Positions 12,965-26,828 of a stretch of 64,000 bases of DNA are shown piece after piece; position 1 is the first letter of the stretch, and the number at the start of each line of letters is the position of its first letter. The notes below the pieces were generated by a model, which ran no database searches, had not been told where the DNA came from, and saw only the letters and a program-made list of their open reading frames with translations. Made by a program: the position numbers and the translations under genes. The DNA comes from Paraspadella gotoi (lineage: Eukaryota; Animalia; Chaetognatha), in the NCBI GenBank assembly GCA_051294375.1, contig CM119268.1, forward strand, positions 2,975,935 to 3,039,934, read 5' to 3'.

Positions 12965-13032
12965 ACTGACTACAAAGACATTTATATGTATGATGATAAG
13001 ATATATATATCGTTAATTATGTTCATTTTGAT
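10371..13032. repeat. Exact duplicate of 1597-4258
   Basis: Offset 8774; identical translated ORFs. Confidence 0.95.
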
Positions 13033-14740
13033 ACAAGAGCGGTTCTTGCCCTTGCCGCCATTTTGTGCATTTCAGATTAATTTTGTGACTAAAGTAAGTT
13101 TTAAAAAAGATTTACAAATAAAGTAATGAGGCGGGGATAAGTATTATGGTTCAAGGATCAAGATTTAGTTTTAAATCATTAGGGTTAAAGATTAAAGCTA
13201 AAGATTAAGGATTAGGATTAAAGATAAGGATTAGAGAATTGGGTTAAAAATTTATAAAAGATTGAATTAAATTAAACTCAGTTTAGGAAAATAAATTTGA
13301 AATTGGGCCCTCGTGGAAAATAGTGCCGCACANNNNNNNNNNNNNNNNNNNNNNNNNNNNNNNNNNNNNNNNNNNNNNNNNNNNNNNNNNNNNNNNNNNN
13401 NNNNNNNNNNNNNNNNNNNNNNNNNNNNNNNNNNNNNNNNNNNNNNNNNNNNNNNNNNNNNNNNNNNNNNNNNNNNNNNNNNNNNNNNNNNNNNNNNNNN
13501 NNNNNNNNNNNNNNNNNNNNNNNNNAGCCCGTAAACCTGAAGGACGAATCCAAAACTCTATTTTTTTCGTTTTGAAAACTGATGTTTAAAGTCACTTTTA
13601 AAAAATAACATTGATGAAATCATACAATAATAATAATAATACAATATCGATCAGAGGATAAACATTTTTTTTCGACGTTCATCTGGATATTTTTTATTCT
13701 TTCAGATCGAAACTTGAAAAATGTGTCATCAATCATCGCCAATCAATTTTGATCTTCGCTTTCTGAATTCTCAATCCTCTTCTTCTCGATTTACATTTTA
13801 CAGTAAATAATCCCATTGTTTTGGGTTCCTACCTGTCGGTTATCCCTCCATTGATGGAATGTAATCCAAGAGTCGCATTTTATACCCAAAAGATAAAAGA
13901 GAAATAAAAAAGCTCACGAAAATAAAGAGCAAATAGATATATAGCGAATCCTTTATACAGGGTGGGTGCTGGACAGAGCGGTTCTTGCCCTTCGAGGCCG
14001 GCCATTTTTTGTGCATTTCAGATTTTTTGTGACTAAAGTTAAACATAGTAATGAGGCGGGGATAAGATATGATGGTTCAAGGCATCAAATTTAGTTTTTA
14101 AATCAATATAGGGTTAGAAAGATTAAGCGACAAAGAATTGAAGGATTAGGATTAAAGATAAGGAGATTAGAGAATTGGGTTTAAAAATTTATAAAAGATT
14201 GATTAAATTAAACTCAGTTTAGGAATTATAAATTTGAAATATGGGACCCTCGTGGGAAATAGTGCGCACACGCATGATAGATTCGTGGCAAGACAATTTT
14301 TTTCGAGACCACACCTATAGGAAAAACTCAGATTCTTCAACTCACTGTTTAAACGTTTCGATCGCCGCTCCCACTCGCGTTGGCGAAAGTCTCGCGTCTT
14401 CCCGGCAGGTGAAGTTTAGCCCGTAAACCTGAAGGTACGAATCGCAAAACACTATTCGTATTTATATTTACACTTTTAAAAAATAACATTGATCGAAATC
14501 CTACACATAATAATTTCTTTATCGATCAGAGGGATAAACATTTTTTTTTCGACGTCGATCTGAATATTTTTATTCTTTCAGATCGAAAGCTTGAAAAATG
14601 TGTTCATCAATCATCGCCAATCAATTTTGATCTTCGCTTCCCTGAATTCTCTCTCTTCTTCTCGATTTACATTTACGAAGTAAACACCAATTGTTTTGGT
14701 TCCTACCTGTCGGTTATCCCTCGATTGATGGAATGTAGTC
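13033..14740. repeat. Local tandem redundancy: 13033-13862 (with an N gap) repeated noisily at about 13970-14735
   Basis: gagcggttcttgccctt, agcccgtaaacctgaagg and cctacctgtcggttatccctc each occur twice in the same order. The first copy holds a clean fragment [10 protein letters not shown]|GTAGG at 13833-13862 (-). Confidence 0.85.
14346..14428 (-). CDS. ena: Ena/VASP EVH1 domain, third exon (C-terminal strand and helix)
   Basis: ttcag|GTT TAC GGG CTA AAC TTC ACC TGC CGG GAA GAC... = VYGLNFTCREDA, continuing (with indel correction from the other copies) ETFANAMGAAIETLN; donor A|GTGAGT. VYGLNF...F..AM is the Ena/VASP EVH1 signature. Confidence 0.88.
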
Positions 14741-14792
14741 GTCGCTTGATTGTACTTCAATACTCTTTAAAATGGCACAATTGATTGACAAC
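14707..14792 (-). CDS. ena: Ena/VASP EVH1 domain, second exon
   Basis: ctcag|GTTGTC...CGACAG|GTAGGA; consensus [34 protein letters not shown] and FHQWRD are diagnostic of the family. Confidence 0.9.
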
Positions 14793-15220
14793 CTGAGAAT
14801 GTAAAGTGTAAAAGAGATCGATCGTTGAGCTTCATCTATCCTTTGCGAAACATTGCATGACCTATGACTTACTTTGATATCATTAGCGATCGTTACAAAC
14901 TCAAGGTCTTAAATTGTTCGTTTCTAGACTCTCGACTAATCTCAATCCACATTCTGAACTTTCCTCATTGCTTAAATCTTTAGGCACAAAATGAAATCTT
15001 CCCCCTCGAATCATATATTCTCACTCCACTACACTAACAAGTGAACATGAATAATCTTCCTTTCTTAAAATCCTGATGATTCTGAATCTCCATAGCTCAT
15101 TGCATTTCTTAAACACATTATGAATCATCTCAAACTGCAATCACATTCTTTTTCCTGAATCTTCCCTATTCATTACACTTTTTTAAGCAAAATATGAATG
15201 CATACCCCTCTCCAAATCAC

Positions 15221-15388
15221 CTCGTGGTCCTGATCTTCCGCCCCACCCACCCTGAAGGTGTTGTTGAAGGGCGTGGTGGTAGACGTGGACCTTGGAGAGT
15301 CCGCTCGACGCCCCGCGGGGACCCACTTCTTTGAGGGCGTCGTCGTAGGTCATGACGGAGGCTCTGGCCGCCGCGATCGAAGTGCTCG
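15221..15388 (-). CDS. ena: Ena/VASP EVH1 domain, first exon (phase-2 start)
   Basis: ccag|C GAG CAC...CAC GAG|GTGATT. The ORF track shows frameshifted pieces SIAAARASVMTYDDALK, GASSGLSKVHVYHHAL and, in the other copies, TFRVVGRKI, matching the Ena N-terminus ARASVMxYDD..KKW.P...SGLSKV..YHH..NNTFRVVGRK.QDHE. Confidence 0.92.
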
Positions 15389-15435
15389 CTGGAGGAAGGG
15401 GGGTGGATGGGGGGGAGGGAGGGGGGAAGGCGAGA

Positions 15436-15499
<64 letters not shown>

Positions 15500-16003
15500 A
15501 GAAGAGAGAGAGTAGATAGAGAGGGTAAAAGGTAAGCGAGGGAAGGATATAGGAAAAGGGGAGAGAGGGTGGAATGTGATAAAAAAAAATAAAGTAAGTT
15601 AAAAATAAACAATTAAAACTATATAATAATATACATACCAACAATATCAACATATTATAGAGACGAAAAGAAACAAACAAATAANNNNNNNNNNNNNNNN
15701 NNNNNNNNNAAAATGATACATGGCGCGACAACTAAAAAAAGCAACAACAAACGAACAAACAAACAAATTGAATAGACAAACATCGAGAGAAACACGAAAC
15801 GAAAATAAAATTCGGATCCATATTTTCCCTTCGAGATTTGATTATCTGGTTTCGGGTCAGAAATAGCGAAGTCAGGGGAGAGAGAAAAGAAGAAGTTCCC
15901 GAGACCTTTTGTCCATTTGCTCGACTTTTGTCAAAATCTGACCCAATGAGACAGAGAGATAAGAAAAGCATAATTCGGTTTCATTGTGGCGCTTTTAAAT
16001 CGG

Positions 16004-16139
<136 letters not shown>

Positions 16140-16147
16140 TCTTCTAC

Positions 16148-16536
16148 CATGGCAATCTGTCATAATCGTCGTCTTCTGCAATCTCGGCGTCGCCTCGCCC
16201 TTGCAACGTCGAGCAAAGCCAACAAGTGGCCCTCGCCTCCAGATTCGATTTGGCGCCGCCAGCGCCACTTCCGGCCACGCCCCCTGTCACGCCGATAAAG
16301 TCTTGTCCCGCGGATGTCGTGATGCTTTGATGCGATGACGTCGACGACGGGAGACACGAAGGGAAGAAAAGCGGCGGCAGGGCAGCGCGACCGCTTCCGA
16401 CGCGGCAGAGTGCGGCGCTGAGGGGCAGCGGCGTCGGTAGAGCAGCGCCGGGATCGTGATGCGCTGCGTGGACGTCGCCGGCGCCGCCGTCGGGGGCGGA
16501 GTGAGATCGGAAGGCGAAGAATTGGCGACCGCTCGA
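16148..16536 (-). CDS. ena: Alternative upstream exon D of the ena-like gene, ending ...AEDDDYDRLP and splicing in frame to EVH1
   Basis: ctcttctcag|TCG...CCA TG|GTAGAA; 389 nt = 129 codons + 2, open throughout (inside ORF 16144..16587). The phase-2 end joins the EVH1 exon as TG|C = Cys. Noisy copies at about 30818-31225 and 40772-41171. Confidence 0.6.
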
Positions 16537-18079
16537 CTGAGAAGAGGGAGAGAAAATAATGATAATTAACATTGTCGTAATGTTCAATTTACCAAGGCCC
16601 TTTATTAGAAATCTACTATGAAATTAAATTCAATAGGGGTTAGGGCGGGGTTCAAACTTTAGTCCTTAAAGTCTACTTTTAGGTAAAAAAAGATTTTTTT
16701 TAAAAAGTTCGGTTTTAAAGCTTTTATTGTTGCTATTAAAATTACAAATATTACTATTAATGATAAAAAAAAATTTTTTAATCAATCTTAAACTTTTTTT
16801 ATGTTTTCTCTGGTCAAAATTAGAAAAAGTAATAAAATATAATCGAAAAATGATGATGATGATGAATTATAAATAGTTTTTCATATTTTTCACAATACTT
16901 ATGATCAAAATATCGAAAAAAGAATTATACTTTGTGTAGACAATTTTGCAACTACCTGAATCTGATCTTAAAAATCAAAAAAATCCAAAACAATATTTTA
17001 GCCTTTCCTATTTATAAAATAAATATTAAAAAATTAATATATGGAGTATGGAGTAAATATAAAAAAATTTTGTCTATTCAAATTTTTTTTTAAAATATGT
17101 CTAAATTTTCGTTTGAGCAGGTGCTGAATTCAATTTCTTAACCACCTTACTGAGTTAGTCTCCCTACGGCTTTATTTTAAATTCTTAGAAACGATAATAA
17201 TAAGTAATTATAGGGTGAGATATCATTTTCTAAAAAAAGTTTTTTTTTATAAATTGTCATGTCTCGAATAATTTGACCCACGATTCAAAGTGGGCATCGA
17301 ATGAGCCCCCCCTCTCTATGACAAAGACTCCTTCACTTTCCCACTTTCCCTGGACGCTCCCTACCCCTCATCCATTTTTACCACCAACCCTCATTTCCGA
17401 GCCCAACCCCCCATCCACCATCCACCATCCCCCCTGCCCCCTATCTTCTCATTCTCCAAACCCAAATCCTAAGCGACGCGAAACTTCGAACGTTAATGCA
17501 AACCTAAAATTCTCGTCGTAATTCATTTCTTTGGATTTTAGTTACTTTCCCCTTTTTTTTATTTTTCTTGTTTCTTTGTTCTTCTTCTCTCTCTCCTTTT
17601 CCTCTCTCTCTCTTCTCTTCTCTCTCTCTCTCTCTCTCTCTCATCTCTCTGCCCTCTCTCTCCTCTCTCCCTCGTCTCGTCTGCTCTTTCTTATCTCTCT
17701 CTCTTCTCACTCTGATCCTCATACCCCAAAAAAAACCTTCGCAAAAAATCTTTCGCTCAACCGGAGCAAATATTTATTTCCGTTTTATCATAAAAAGCAG
17801 GAAGCTCCACTACGAAATCAATATCAATCTACTACATCTAAGGTTTACGTCCCATCTGTGCCAAGAACGTAAGAAGCCTCAGGCAATGGGCCTGACAAAG
17901 CGTAAACATTGTCAATCATTAGTTAGAATATTAATTGAACATTAAATGGAAGATGGTAGTTTAGTAAAAGGTTTAGATACACTTTTACGATACACATTTA
18001 CATACAGTGGACAAAACGGAGTTTTGCATAAAGTATCACTTTGATCCCCTTTGCTCATCATCGTTTTGTTTGTGACATT

Positions 18080-18114
<35 letters not shown>

Positions 18115-18344
18115 ATCCTCGTCTCTATCGTCTCTCCTCTCTCTCAGTCTCTCTCTCTCTCTCTCTCTCTTCCCAGCGTACAAGTACCTCATGACTCATT
18201 GTTTGAAGGCGTTACTTAGCCCAAAACGTCACAGGGAACGCGTCTCTAGAGTAACTTCTCCTCTGCAACCCTCCGCCCCCCCCCTGCACCCGTAAAAAAA
18301 AAAACTCAAAAAACGGCGCGCAATTTGTTATTTTTTTTTTTCTC

Positions 18345-18412
18345 TTTAGTCTGGGTCATTCCGCCCGCTTTGCCATCGCAAGGTCACCCGTTCGAATCCC
18401 TCAAGCGCAAAA
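18345..18412 (+). other. Degenerate tRNA-like / SINE-head fragment in an intron; copies at about 33138-33200 and 42957-43017
   Basis: B-box GTTCGAATCC preceded by a GCC anticodon-like loop (cgctttgccatcg) and a weak A-box (tagtctgggt); no full cloverleaf. Confidence 0.3.
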
Positions 18413-18979
18413 TAGAGTGTTTCAATACCAGAAAAAACGCTTTGGGATTTTTTTTTTTTTGGGGGGGGGAGTGGACGGGGGAGTTGAATATCGAAACAAC
18501 GAAGGCATAAACGATTTGTTGTTTCGTATTCAGTTTTTATGGGCACAATAGTTTCGTTTTTTTTTGTTGTTATTTTTTTTTTTTTCTTTCCTTCGCGATC
18601 GTTTCAAAATTTATCGGCCCTCGACTTTTTTTGTTTGACTCAGTGAATTGCGCGTCGAGTGAGTTTCTCTGCTTTCACCAAAGGAGTTATGGCTTTCCGT
18701 AAGTAGTAATTTTTTTATTACACGTAGTTTGCCTATGTATGACTTTCTGAATCTAAAGTATGAAAAAATTAATTTTTTTCTTCAGTTTCGTTCCATTTAT
18801 AATTTTTGCTCGTCTGCGAATTCGCTCCTCTCTCTCTCTCTCTCTCTCTCCTCATCATCCTCATGTCTCTCTCTTCTCCTCTCTGCTCTCTCGTCTCTCT
18901 CTACATCTCTCTGTTCTCCTCTTCTCAATCCACGTCATCAACCCTCCGACCTCCCCGCCAACCCTCCCCTTACCCCTAC

Positions 18980-20987
18980 CTGACCACAAACTGCTGCGCC
19001 CCGAACTCTCGGCCGGAAGAGGGCGGGCCCGAGCGGTGAGTGGCGAAGTCGGGCAGACGCGACTGTGAGTGAATGTAAGGATTGATTCTTCGAGATGTAG
19101 CAGAGAATCGTGACGGCGAAGAACGAGGACGACGACGGAGAAGATCACAACGTAGACCTGAGAGGGGGAAGTGATAGGTAGTGATAGAGAAGTGATGAAG
19201 ACGGGAGAGGGAAGTGAGATCAAAGGTTAAATTAAGATGAGGTTTATGTCGTTGGCAACCTCGTCAAATAAAACTGTTATAATGCAAATTAGCAAATACG
19301 TCAGAGTAAAGTATTTATATATGTAGCCGTTTGAAAACAAACTATTCCGTTTTTTAATACAGGACAAATGGATAAAAGACGTAAATATTTAGGAAAAATC
19401 GAATAATGCAATCGTAAATTTCTTTTATATTCCACGTTAACTCTAAAATTTTTGTATTTAGTTGTTGTCAAGTCAAATTTCAGGTTATGATATTATAATA
19501 TTTGGGTTATTTTGTATCTGCTGCAATATGCAAATTAGATTTAAAAACTTCATAAATAAAAGTTGAAACAATCGTTAAAGGAAATCATCGGAATTCGATA
19601 AAAAGAAGAGAGGAAGGAGGAGGAGAGGAGGAGGAGTATGTGGAGGAGGAGGGTAAAAGGGTAAAAGGACTTAAGAATCTTGTCAGGCGGAACATTAACG
19701 AATTGGCTTTCAAATCTTGGTTGCAAAGATATAAAGGGAGACACAAACGTGGATGACGGGGAGAAATGCGAGCTGATGCAAAGAGTTAGTAAATAAATAT
19801 TTGAGGTTAATAATTTATTAATAAATGTTTAGAATTAAAATTATTAAAAATTGTCGAGATTGAAAGTTAATTAATAAATGTCAAGCTTGAAAGTTAAAAA
19901 ATAGTAATCTCAATTGTTAACTTACTAAATGTTAAGTTAAATATTAAATGCTTAGCTTAAAAATTGATAAAAAAAAATATCGGTCTTAATAAGTTCAGAA
20001 GTCTAAAAGTAAAAAAAAAAAGAAATAACCTAGGCTTTAACCGATCTACTAAATGACCGACCGACCACGTCTTTCTTACCTCCAGCGGAGAGGATTGAAC
20101 GAGTCCGTTCGTCCCGGTGACGGAAGGAGCTTCGCCGACGGCGAGTCGTAAGCGTCGCGGTGAAGTGAAACCCGTCCAAATCTCGGGCCCGACGTTTGGT
20201 TGCCCCTTTTTCAAGCGTGGGGTGAATCGAGAATCAGAATCATGAATGAGAAGTGAAAGCGATATAGTGAATTGAATTAATCGAAGTCCATCGTTAATTA
20301 AAGTTTATTTTCTTGAACGTTAAAAGATCTTGACTTTTATTATGTTCGTTTTGTCTAAAAACAAATGAACATTCTCAGCTTTCTTACCTGACGAGATACC
20401 GGGATCCGAACGCGCGGCGGCCGACGACGACGAAGACGACGATAAAACGACTCGCAATCGCGAAATTCGATCGAAAAAAAAAAGGAGATGGAAGCACAAT
20501 TATCTAGGATCGATTGATGTGAGGAGGAGGCGAAGATGGCGATGAGGAAGCGCCGTTTGATGGAGCGAAGGAGGGTGCTGCAGAGAGAGGGAAGAGAGTG
20601 GCTGCTGCAGACCCAGAGACGAATAGTGCTGTAGCTAGGAGTTTCTGAGAAGTAAACGTTGGGGCGGCGATGGGTGACCAGAGAGACAGATACGGTGGGA
20701 GACGATTCGGACAAACGCGAGAGGGAGACGGAGACAGAGAAGGTGATAGAGATGGGAGTCGTCGATATAGAGAGAGAGTTGAAGTCGGAGTTTTTTTCGA
20801 GGGAGTCAAAAAAAGTTGAGGGATGGGCAATCGATAGATCGACAACGAAAATCAAAGCAGTTGATGCAATAGAATAAGTCATGTTGTTGTTGTCATTGCT
20901 ATTGCAGATGGAAATGGAATGAGTGGCATCGAGAAAGCGGACACGCCCACTTCTACGATACGAACGTCCGCGCCGACGCCATCTGCG
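18980..20987 (-). CDS. ena: Noisy copy of alternative exons A-C (about 20388-20987, 20080-20205, 18980-19157)
   Basis: Same splice sites as 43614-45612, with frameshifting indels. Confidence 0.5.
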
Positions 20988-21607
20988 CTGAAAGTCTCTT
21001 TACATCTTGGAAAAAAAACGACTAATAAAAAAAAAGAGTTTAGAAAAGAAGGTTGGGAAAAAGAATTAAACGAACGAGTTGTTTAGTTCCACAAGCGAAA
21101 GATAAATTTTGAAAGGTAAGGTAAGGTAAGGTAGGTGTAAGAGGATGTGTCCGTTCAAACGAAAGCGAAAAAAAATGTTTAAGTTTTGGTAAGTGAAGTT
21201 TGTTGAATTTGTAAATTGAGCTTCGTTCAAATTCACGCGTGTTGAAAAAGGGGAAAAAAAAAAAGACCTTTCTATTATTTAAGAAGGAATATAAAGTTTG
21301 TTTTTTTTTAAAAGAAATAAATGGAAGAAGAAATTTAAAAATAAAATATTGAAAATAAAGTGGAGCGTCGGTTTATATGAGAGATCGTGCCAAGAAGAAA
21401 TAACACCGCTTCTTTTCTATTATTGACAATGAGGTGGAAAAAGGGGGAGAGAGAGAGAGAGGAGAGAGAGAGAGGAGAGAGAGAGAGAGAGGGCGAGAGG
21501 AGAGAGAGAGAGAGAGAGAGAGATTTCTGGTAAAGTTTCATCCACGGGGATCGGTGAGGGTGGATTCTTTGCTTCTCTTTTATTTTTTTTTTTCTTTCTC
21601 TTTGCTT

Positions 21608-21640
<33 letters not shown>

Positions 21641-23404
21641 CTTTCTTTCTTTGTTTTTTACTGCTGAGTAAATGTTATCTCGAGGGAAAATTGGAAAAGA
21701 AAAAATCTTTGGCCTTTTTTTTTTTTTAGTCATAGAAAAAAATTGTACAAATACGAAAAAAAATATTAAAATTCTAACCAACGAAAGAGAGAAGAAACGG
21801 CGGACTTTCCTTTATTGCGATAATTTTAGCGCAAAAAAAAAATAATTGAAAAAAAAGCATTAAAAAAAAAAAAAAAAAAACAAAAGAAAAAAAAAAGAGA
21901 GACAAAACAGACAAAGAAAAAAAATTTAAAGGTTTGGGTTTTTTGTGGAGGGAAATTCCCAGTGAAACCTTGAAAAAGAGAAAAATCTCCCCTTTTTTTT
22001 TTTTAAAAAAGAAAAAGAAGGAACCAATGGAATGTTTTTTTTTTCAAAGTTTTTTTAAAGGAAAAATCGAAGTCAAATCTTCTCATTTTCTCTGCCTTTT
22101 TTTTCTCTTTTTTCGTCTTCTTCTTTTGGGGTCGAAAAGTATGAACATTTTTAGATAAAGAACAGATTTTAGGTTTAAAAGAGGGGGAATCGAAAAGAGG
22201 AAGGAAAGAGGGGGCGGAGGGGGCGGATGGGTTGAGATGGGGGGAGGGGAACAGATCAGGAACGAAACAAAAGTTAGGATAAACAAGGGGTAAGAAACAG
22301 AAGCAGTAAAAAAGAACACGATATGAGAAAAGGCGGGCGATGTGAGGAGGTAAATATTAGATAAGTTTAGAAAAACAAACATGAAAGCGCGAAGGCAAAT
22401 TCTGAAAAAAAAAAACAGTGAAGAAACAAAAAGAAAACAAAAACAGAATGAAGTGGAGAAAAGAAAATGGGCGAACAAAAGCAGGAGAAAAAGAGAAGCG
22501 AAAGAAGAAAAAAAAAACACGTGTCCTCAGACGGTTTATGTATGAAACGAATCGATCTGGGATTCTCGACATCAGAGTTTTGCAGATGCTACTCGACAAA
22601 AAAGTTTGTTTTGTTGTTTTTTTGTTTGTTATATTTTTAGTTTTAGAAAAAAAAATATTAAAGAGTAGGAGTTTGAGACGGGGTTAAAAGGATAANNNNN
22701 NNNNNNNNNNNNNNNNNNNNTCTTTATCCTCATCCCCCAAAAAAACCTTCGCAAAAATCTTCCGCTCAACCGGAGCAAATATTTATTTCCGTTTTATCAT
22801 AAAAAGCAGGAAGCTCCACTACGAATCATATCAATCTACTACATCTAAGGTTTTACGTGCCCATCTGTGCCAAGAACGTAAGAAGCCTCAGGCAATGGCC
22901 TGACAAAGCGTAAAACATTGTCAATCATTAGTATAGATATTAATCTGAACATTGAATACTTCTATTAGCAGAACTTTAGGGCGGGGGGGGGTGGGGGAAA
23001 ACCAAAGATTAGTAATCTAACCTTGTGTTGTATAGATGCTCCCTCCTATATTCCAGAAAGAAGACAACACTGACTCCCCTTCCCAAATTGTGATTATTAG
23101 AAATAAATATAACATTTTTTTTACAAAAAGAAAGCAATATATGTTTGAAATAAATTAATATACGATTAAATACTAAATCCTTCATAAAAATATCAAAATA
23201 TTAAATAGAAAAATGAAAAATAGTGAAAACACAAAGTAAATTTGCAAATTTTCATTTAAAGGAAGATGGTAGTTTAGTAAAAGGTTAGATACACTTTTAC
23301 GATACACATTTACATACAGTGGACAAAAACGGAGTTTTGCATAAAGTATCACTTTGATCCCCTTTGCTCATCATCGTTTCGTTTTGACATCTCTCTCTCT
23401 CTCA

Positions 23405-26400
23405 AAGAGAGAGATGCTTGGCAGAAGCTTGGCGCCAGTTCCCTTGCAGCACTCCGAGAAGCTGTCTTTGTTGATCCATCGTTTGGAGGCTTTCAACTGC
23501 CTCGTTCCTTCCGACTCGGCCGTCGACGACCCTTTCCCGAAGAAGACGCGACGCCAACATCTCTCTCGAAGTTGGAAGGAATCTAAGCTTCAAGCTCTTT
23601 CCATGACGGTCCCCGAATGTCTCGCGATGCTTGGCTTTGAATCTCAGCGCGGGTTTCGGGTTCGGAGTTCTCCGCCATGGTCGAACTCGCGCTAGGGGTG
23701 TCAGGCCGCCATGAGTCGTATCCGGGCGGGATCGACGTTGATCCTTCTCAGAGTGTTCGTAAGATTGTCCCGTGTGATCACACCTCGTTTCTGACGTAAT
23801 GATCGATCCATCTGTCCGCTCGATCGGGCGCCTCTGCCGAAACGATGAATCTCACGCGGCGTATCCGTTTCCCGCCTCCGCCGCTGCTGCCTGCTGCTGC
23901 CGCTGCTGCCGCCCGCCACTGCCGCGGGAATCTATCGAACCTCCTATGAGTCCCCTCCCCTCGCTCCAAGCGGTCGTAAGTTGCCTCGGCTCGTCCCAGA
24001 GGGTCCGCCGAAGCCTCTCGTCGATAGCCTCAACGACTCGGGTGTTGATGGCTGACGAGGCAATTCGGCGATCCAACGGAGCTTCTTCGGTCCCAAACCT
24101 CCGAAAGGCCTCGCCGGAGTCGGGCGAGGACGAAGAGCCAATCTTGGTCGAGCGATTCGGCCCAATGGAGAGAGCGTGCTGTAAACGTTTCTTGATCCTT
24201 GAGCCCGGACGTGCTTCTTGAAGGGCGGTTCCAACTCGCCCGACACCACCGTCCCTGCAGACCTGCGGTCGACGCCAGCGGCGAATAATCGTTGCGCTGC
24301 ACGTGCTGGCTGCCGATGGCGCCCGGATGAGGATGTCGAGAGGCGGAAAGAAGGAGGAAGGAGTTTTCCTGAGGCCGGGGATGCAGCGCCGGCGGCCCTG
24401 GCTCCCGCTGCAGCTACGTAATGAGCAGGTGTTTGGATTTTTTCCCGTGATGCCTCGTACGGAGGCGACCCGCCGACAGAAGGAGGCGAATCTAAAAAAG
24501 GTTTGAGAGGCGCGAAGTGACTCGGTCCACGGAGCATTCCACGATCATCGGGGAATTGATTCTGCGAATATTGAGAGGCTTCTTGTCCCGATGGAGTCTT
24601 TTGGTTTTTATTTCGATCGCCTTCGTCGCTCTTCGTGTGGTACTCCCGGCGTCCAAGGTTCGTCCCTCCTCCTCTTCTCCTCTTTCCTCTTCTTTCCTCT
24701 TCCGTTCCCAACTCGTCTGTCGGCGCCATCGGTCGACGACCCGCTTCCGGTGTGGCTCGTTTTGAACACCTCTCCCTCGAGCTTCCTCCTTCGTTTCCCT
24801 TTCTTGCTCTCTCGCCGCCCGAACTTCGCGTAACCTCCGTTTACCATGGCAACCAGCGGGCTTGGATCGCGACGCCGGAATGACCGACGGTAACCTTGGC
24901 TCCGTCTTCTTCCCAACTGCTTCGTCCCTGACCGATCTCCGCCCTTGATCGAAGGTTTTGAAAGGCGCGGGGAAATCCTCCGGATCTCCTGACAGACCCC
25001 GACTTTGACGGGTTTTTGGGAGCGTCGACGTCTTCGGAGTCCGTTCCCTTGGAGGAGGAGCGATGAGACCTTCGGGCCTTCCGGTTGTTGTTGACGTTTT
25101 GGCCGAGAGTTTGAATGAAAACGGAAGAATGATTGACGCGTGAGCGAGGACGCTTTGAGGATGAAAGAGGAGTGGTGCTCGGATAGACGGCGAAAGAGAA
25201 TGAGAACCGTTGTCGTCGTTGTCCCGCCTCCTCCAGCTTTCTCTGCTGATCCCTGCGGAGATCCGGCTCGGCAAGAATCGATAGAACCCGTCCTAATCAA
25301 GCGGACTGCTGCTGAAGATGCAATTGCAATCCTGCTGCGGGCGTCCTGCGGCGTTCGTCGGACTCCGAGGCCGGACTTCCTGAGGCGCCGCTGCGGCGTC
25401 GGGTGACCGTCGTCGCGGCGCCGCGGATTTCCCGTTTCCGAGTCCGAACGACGCCTGACGAGACCAGGGTGGCGTTGGTCGGTCGGGGCGTGGCTAGGCG
25501 GTGAAAGGGAGAAAAATACCGGGGTAATTGCTTTTAATATTATTTGCGATTTAGTTTGAGTGGTTCATTCTTATTTTAATACAATACCTATAATAACGTG
25601 ACTTGCTGAAAACTCGTGTCTTCCATTCCTCCATATTCGAATCATCCCCATCTTTCGCCACCCTCCACCCTCCCTACCACCTCCACCGCTCCCGCCATCC
25701 TCCATCCACCCCTCCGCACACGCTCCCCGTCCTCTACGAAGCCTCCGATCGACTCCCGTAGTAATGTCCCGCTGCGGCGTGCCGCGCTGGCGACCGTTCC
25801 TTCGCTGCGCTCCTGCTGCAGCTGCGTTTTGGAAACTCCTGCCGCTGCTTGCAACTGCCGCTGCAGCGTCTGGCGGGCCGCGGCCTTTTTCCTCGAAGGC
25901 GTCGTCCGAGGATTCCTCGAGAGGAACGCTGCTTTGTAGCGATGGACGCGGCGACGCCGCTCTTCGCCCCGCCTCGCCGTCCGATTCCGTCGAGAGGGAT
26001 CGACGCAGCTGCGGGCGAGGCGGCGTCGCGCGCCGGAAATTGACGGCGGAGGCTGCGGCGGAGCCTGCCGGCGGCGTCGTCGTCCCAACACGACGAAAGG
26101 GGGCGCCGCGGAAAAGAGTGTCGCTAGAGGCGCTCCCTCTTGTGGGAGGTGATCTTGATGGGGATGACGCGGGGACATGATGGACTGTGGGCTGGACGAA
26201 GAGAGGAGGGGATGCGAGGTAAGTATTAAGGAAGGTAAAGGAGCGGTTGACAAGGTGCAGTGAGTCGTTAGGTGAGCGGATTAGCGGTTGATGAAGAGAG
26301 ATGAACGGAGTTAAGAGCTACGTCCGATGAAGTAACGTTAACAGCGCTGGAGCCGATGAAAAAATTCGCTCGCAGCGAAGAAGAGGTCTTCTTAAATAGT

Positions 26401-26735
26401 AAGTATGAGTTTAGAGGCGCGGCCTCTCAGGTCTCAGAGACTTTTTCGAGGTCCAAAAGGGTTTTTTTCAAGTTCCTTCTTTTGATTTTCTCAGTTTAAA
26501 TATTTATATGAACGATTTCATTTCTTTTGAATCGTGATTCATCCTTCGTTTTGGATTCATTCGAATCCTGGAATCCGAATGATTTGTTACAATATTTTAT
26601 AGTTTAGCTTTGAAAAAAAAATAAATTGAGGAAAAAAAAGCAAAAATAAATCTAACGCTTTCCGTCGGAGAAGCAAAGAGAAAAGGGCTGCAGTCCACAA
26701 TGCGGTCGACTAATCGCTTGGTTGATTCAAAGCAG

Positions 26736-26828
<93 letters not shown>

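Noticed and set aside
13170-13245. TTAGG-like telomeric repeat
   Set aside because: Only a short degenerate ATTAGG/ATTAAG hexamer run, with no pure array.
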